DNA of 64,000 nt, taken from a virus. Location of the stretch: the IMG/VR virus record IMGVR_UViG_2718218054_000003. The stretch is one strand, 5' to 3'. Below the pieces are notes generated by a model that made no database searches, was not told the origin of the DNA, and saw only the letters and a program-made list of their open reading frames with translations. The translations under genes were made by a program, and so were the position numbers. This document shows positions 63,561-64,000 of this stretch, piece by piece (position 1 is the stretch's first letter; every line of letters begins with the position of its first letter).

Positions 63561-64000
63561 GTGAAGATCTTCGGCTGGGCGGCCGACAACATGGGCTGCG
63601 GCTGGTACCGCGTGCGCATGCCGCTCAACGAGCTGGCGCGCCGTGGCCATGAGACCATGGCCAACACGATCATGCCGGACGAGTGGCTCGACACGTGCGA
63701 CGTGCTGCTCGGGCAGCGGATCTGCGAACCGGGGCCGTCCACAGCGTGGCAGCGGATCGCGGTGCACCCGAAGCGGCCGCTCATGGTGTTCGACATCGAC
63801 GACGACCTCTGGGAGGTCGACCCGCGGTCGCCGGTCTCCTACGCCTGGTTCAGCCGACCGGACGTGCAGGAGCGGCTACGGCGCAACATCACGGTCGCCG
63901 ACCTCGTCACGGTCACGACCGAGACGCTCGCCGACAAGGTCCGCGCGCTCAACCCGAACGTCGTGGTGATCCCGAACTTCGTGCCGCAGGCGATGCTCGA
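63561..64000 (+). CDS. Glycosyltransferase (GT-B/GT4-like), truncated by window end
   Basis: GCGWYRV.MP, DVLLGQR, VFDIDDDLW, ADLVTVTT..LA, V.VIPNF; absent from ORF track because it has no stop. Confidence 0.8.
   Translation, partial: MKIFGWAADNMGCGWYRVRMPLNELARRGHETMANTIMPDEWLDTCDVLLGQRICEPGPSTAWQRIAVHPKRPLMVFDIDDDLWEVDPRSPVSYAWFSRPDVQERLRRNITVADLVTVTTETLADKVRALNPNVVVIPNFVPQAML

Noticed and set aside
1-64000. Many long overlapping Arg/Pro/Gly-rich ORFs in the track (e.g. 118-1353, 34894-36930, 39659-41281, 53322-55568)
   Set aside because: Shadow frames of GC-rich coding DNA: no RBS, no motifs, antisense to or overlapping clear genes
1-64000. Integrase, att site or genome termini
   Set aside because: No tyrosine or serine recombinase motifs recognised; both ends run into open genes, so lifestyle cannot be fixed from this window

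Overview
High-GC actinomycete temperate phage (prophage or plasmid-phage), nearly complete but open at both window edges; no integrase is visible. Positions 1-17.5 kb (+) hold early genes: DUF5131, adenine and cytosine methyltransferases, XRE regulators, ASCH, WhiB and a kinase-only PNK. Positions 17.5-23.6 kb are an actinomycete-type conjugation module with an HTH regulator, an Spd-like membrane protein and an FtsK/SpoIIIE TraB-like translocase. Positions 23.7-28 kb form an accessory island. Positions 28-63.4 kb (-) are a siphovirus late region covering lysis, tail, head and terminase. The head module is split by a ~7.3 kb insert carrying an RNA locus: four tRNAs, a tRNA-bodied RNA whose anticodon loop is replaced by a 77-nt multi-hairpin domain, a second unexplained structured RNA, and a convergent Ro60/TROVE gene with two tandem Y-like RNAs. 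A Mec-like JAB protease lies next to it; capsid and scaffold both carry leaders ending in Leu-Gly-Gly. All calls come from manual motif recognition and hand-folding; no database searches were run.
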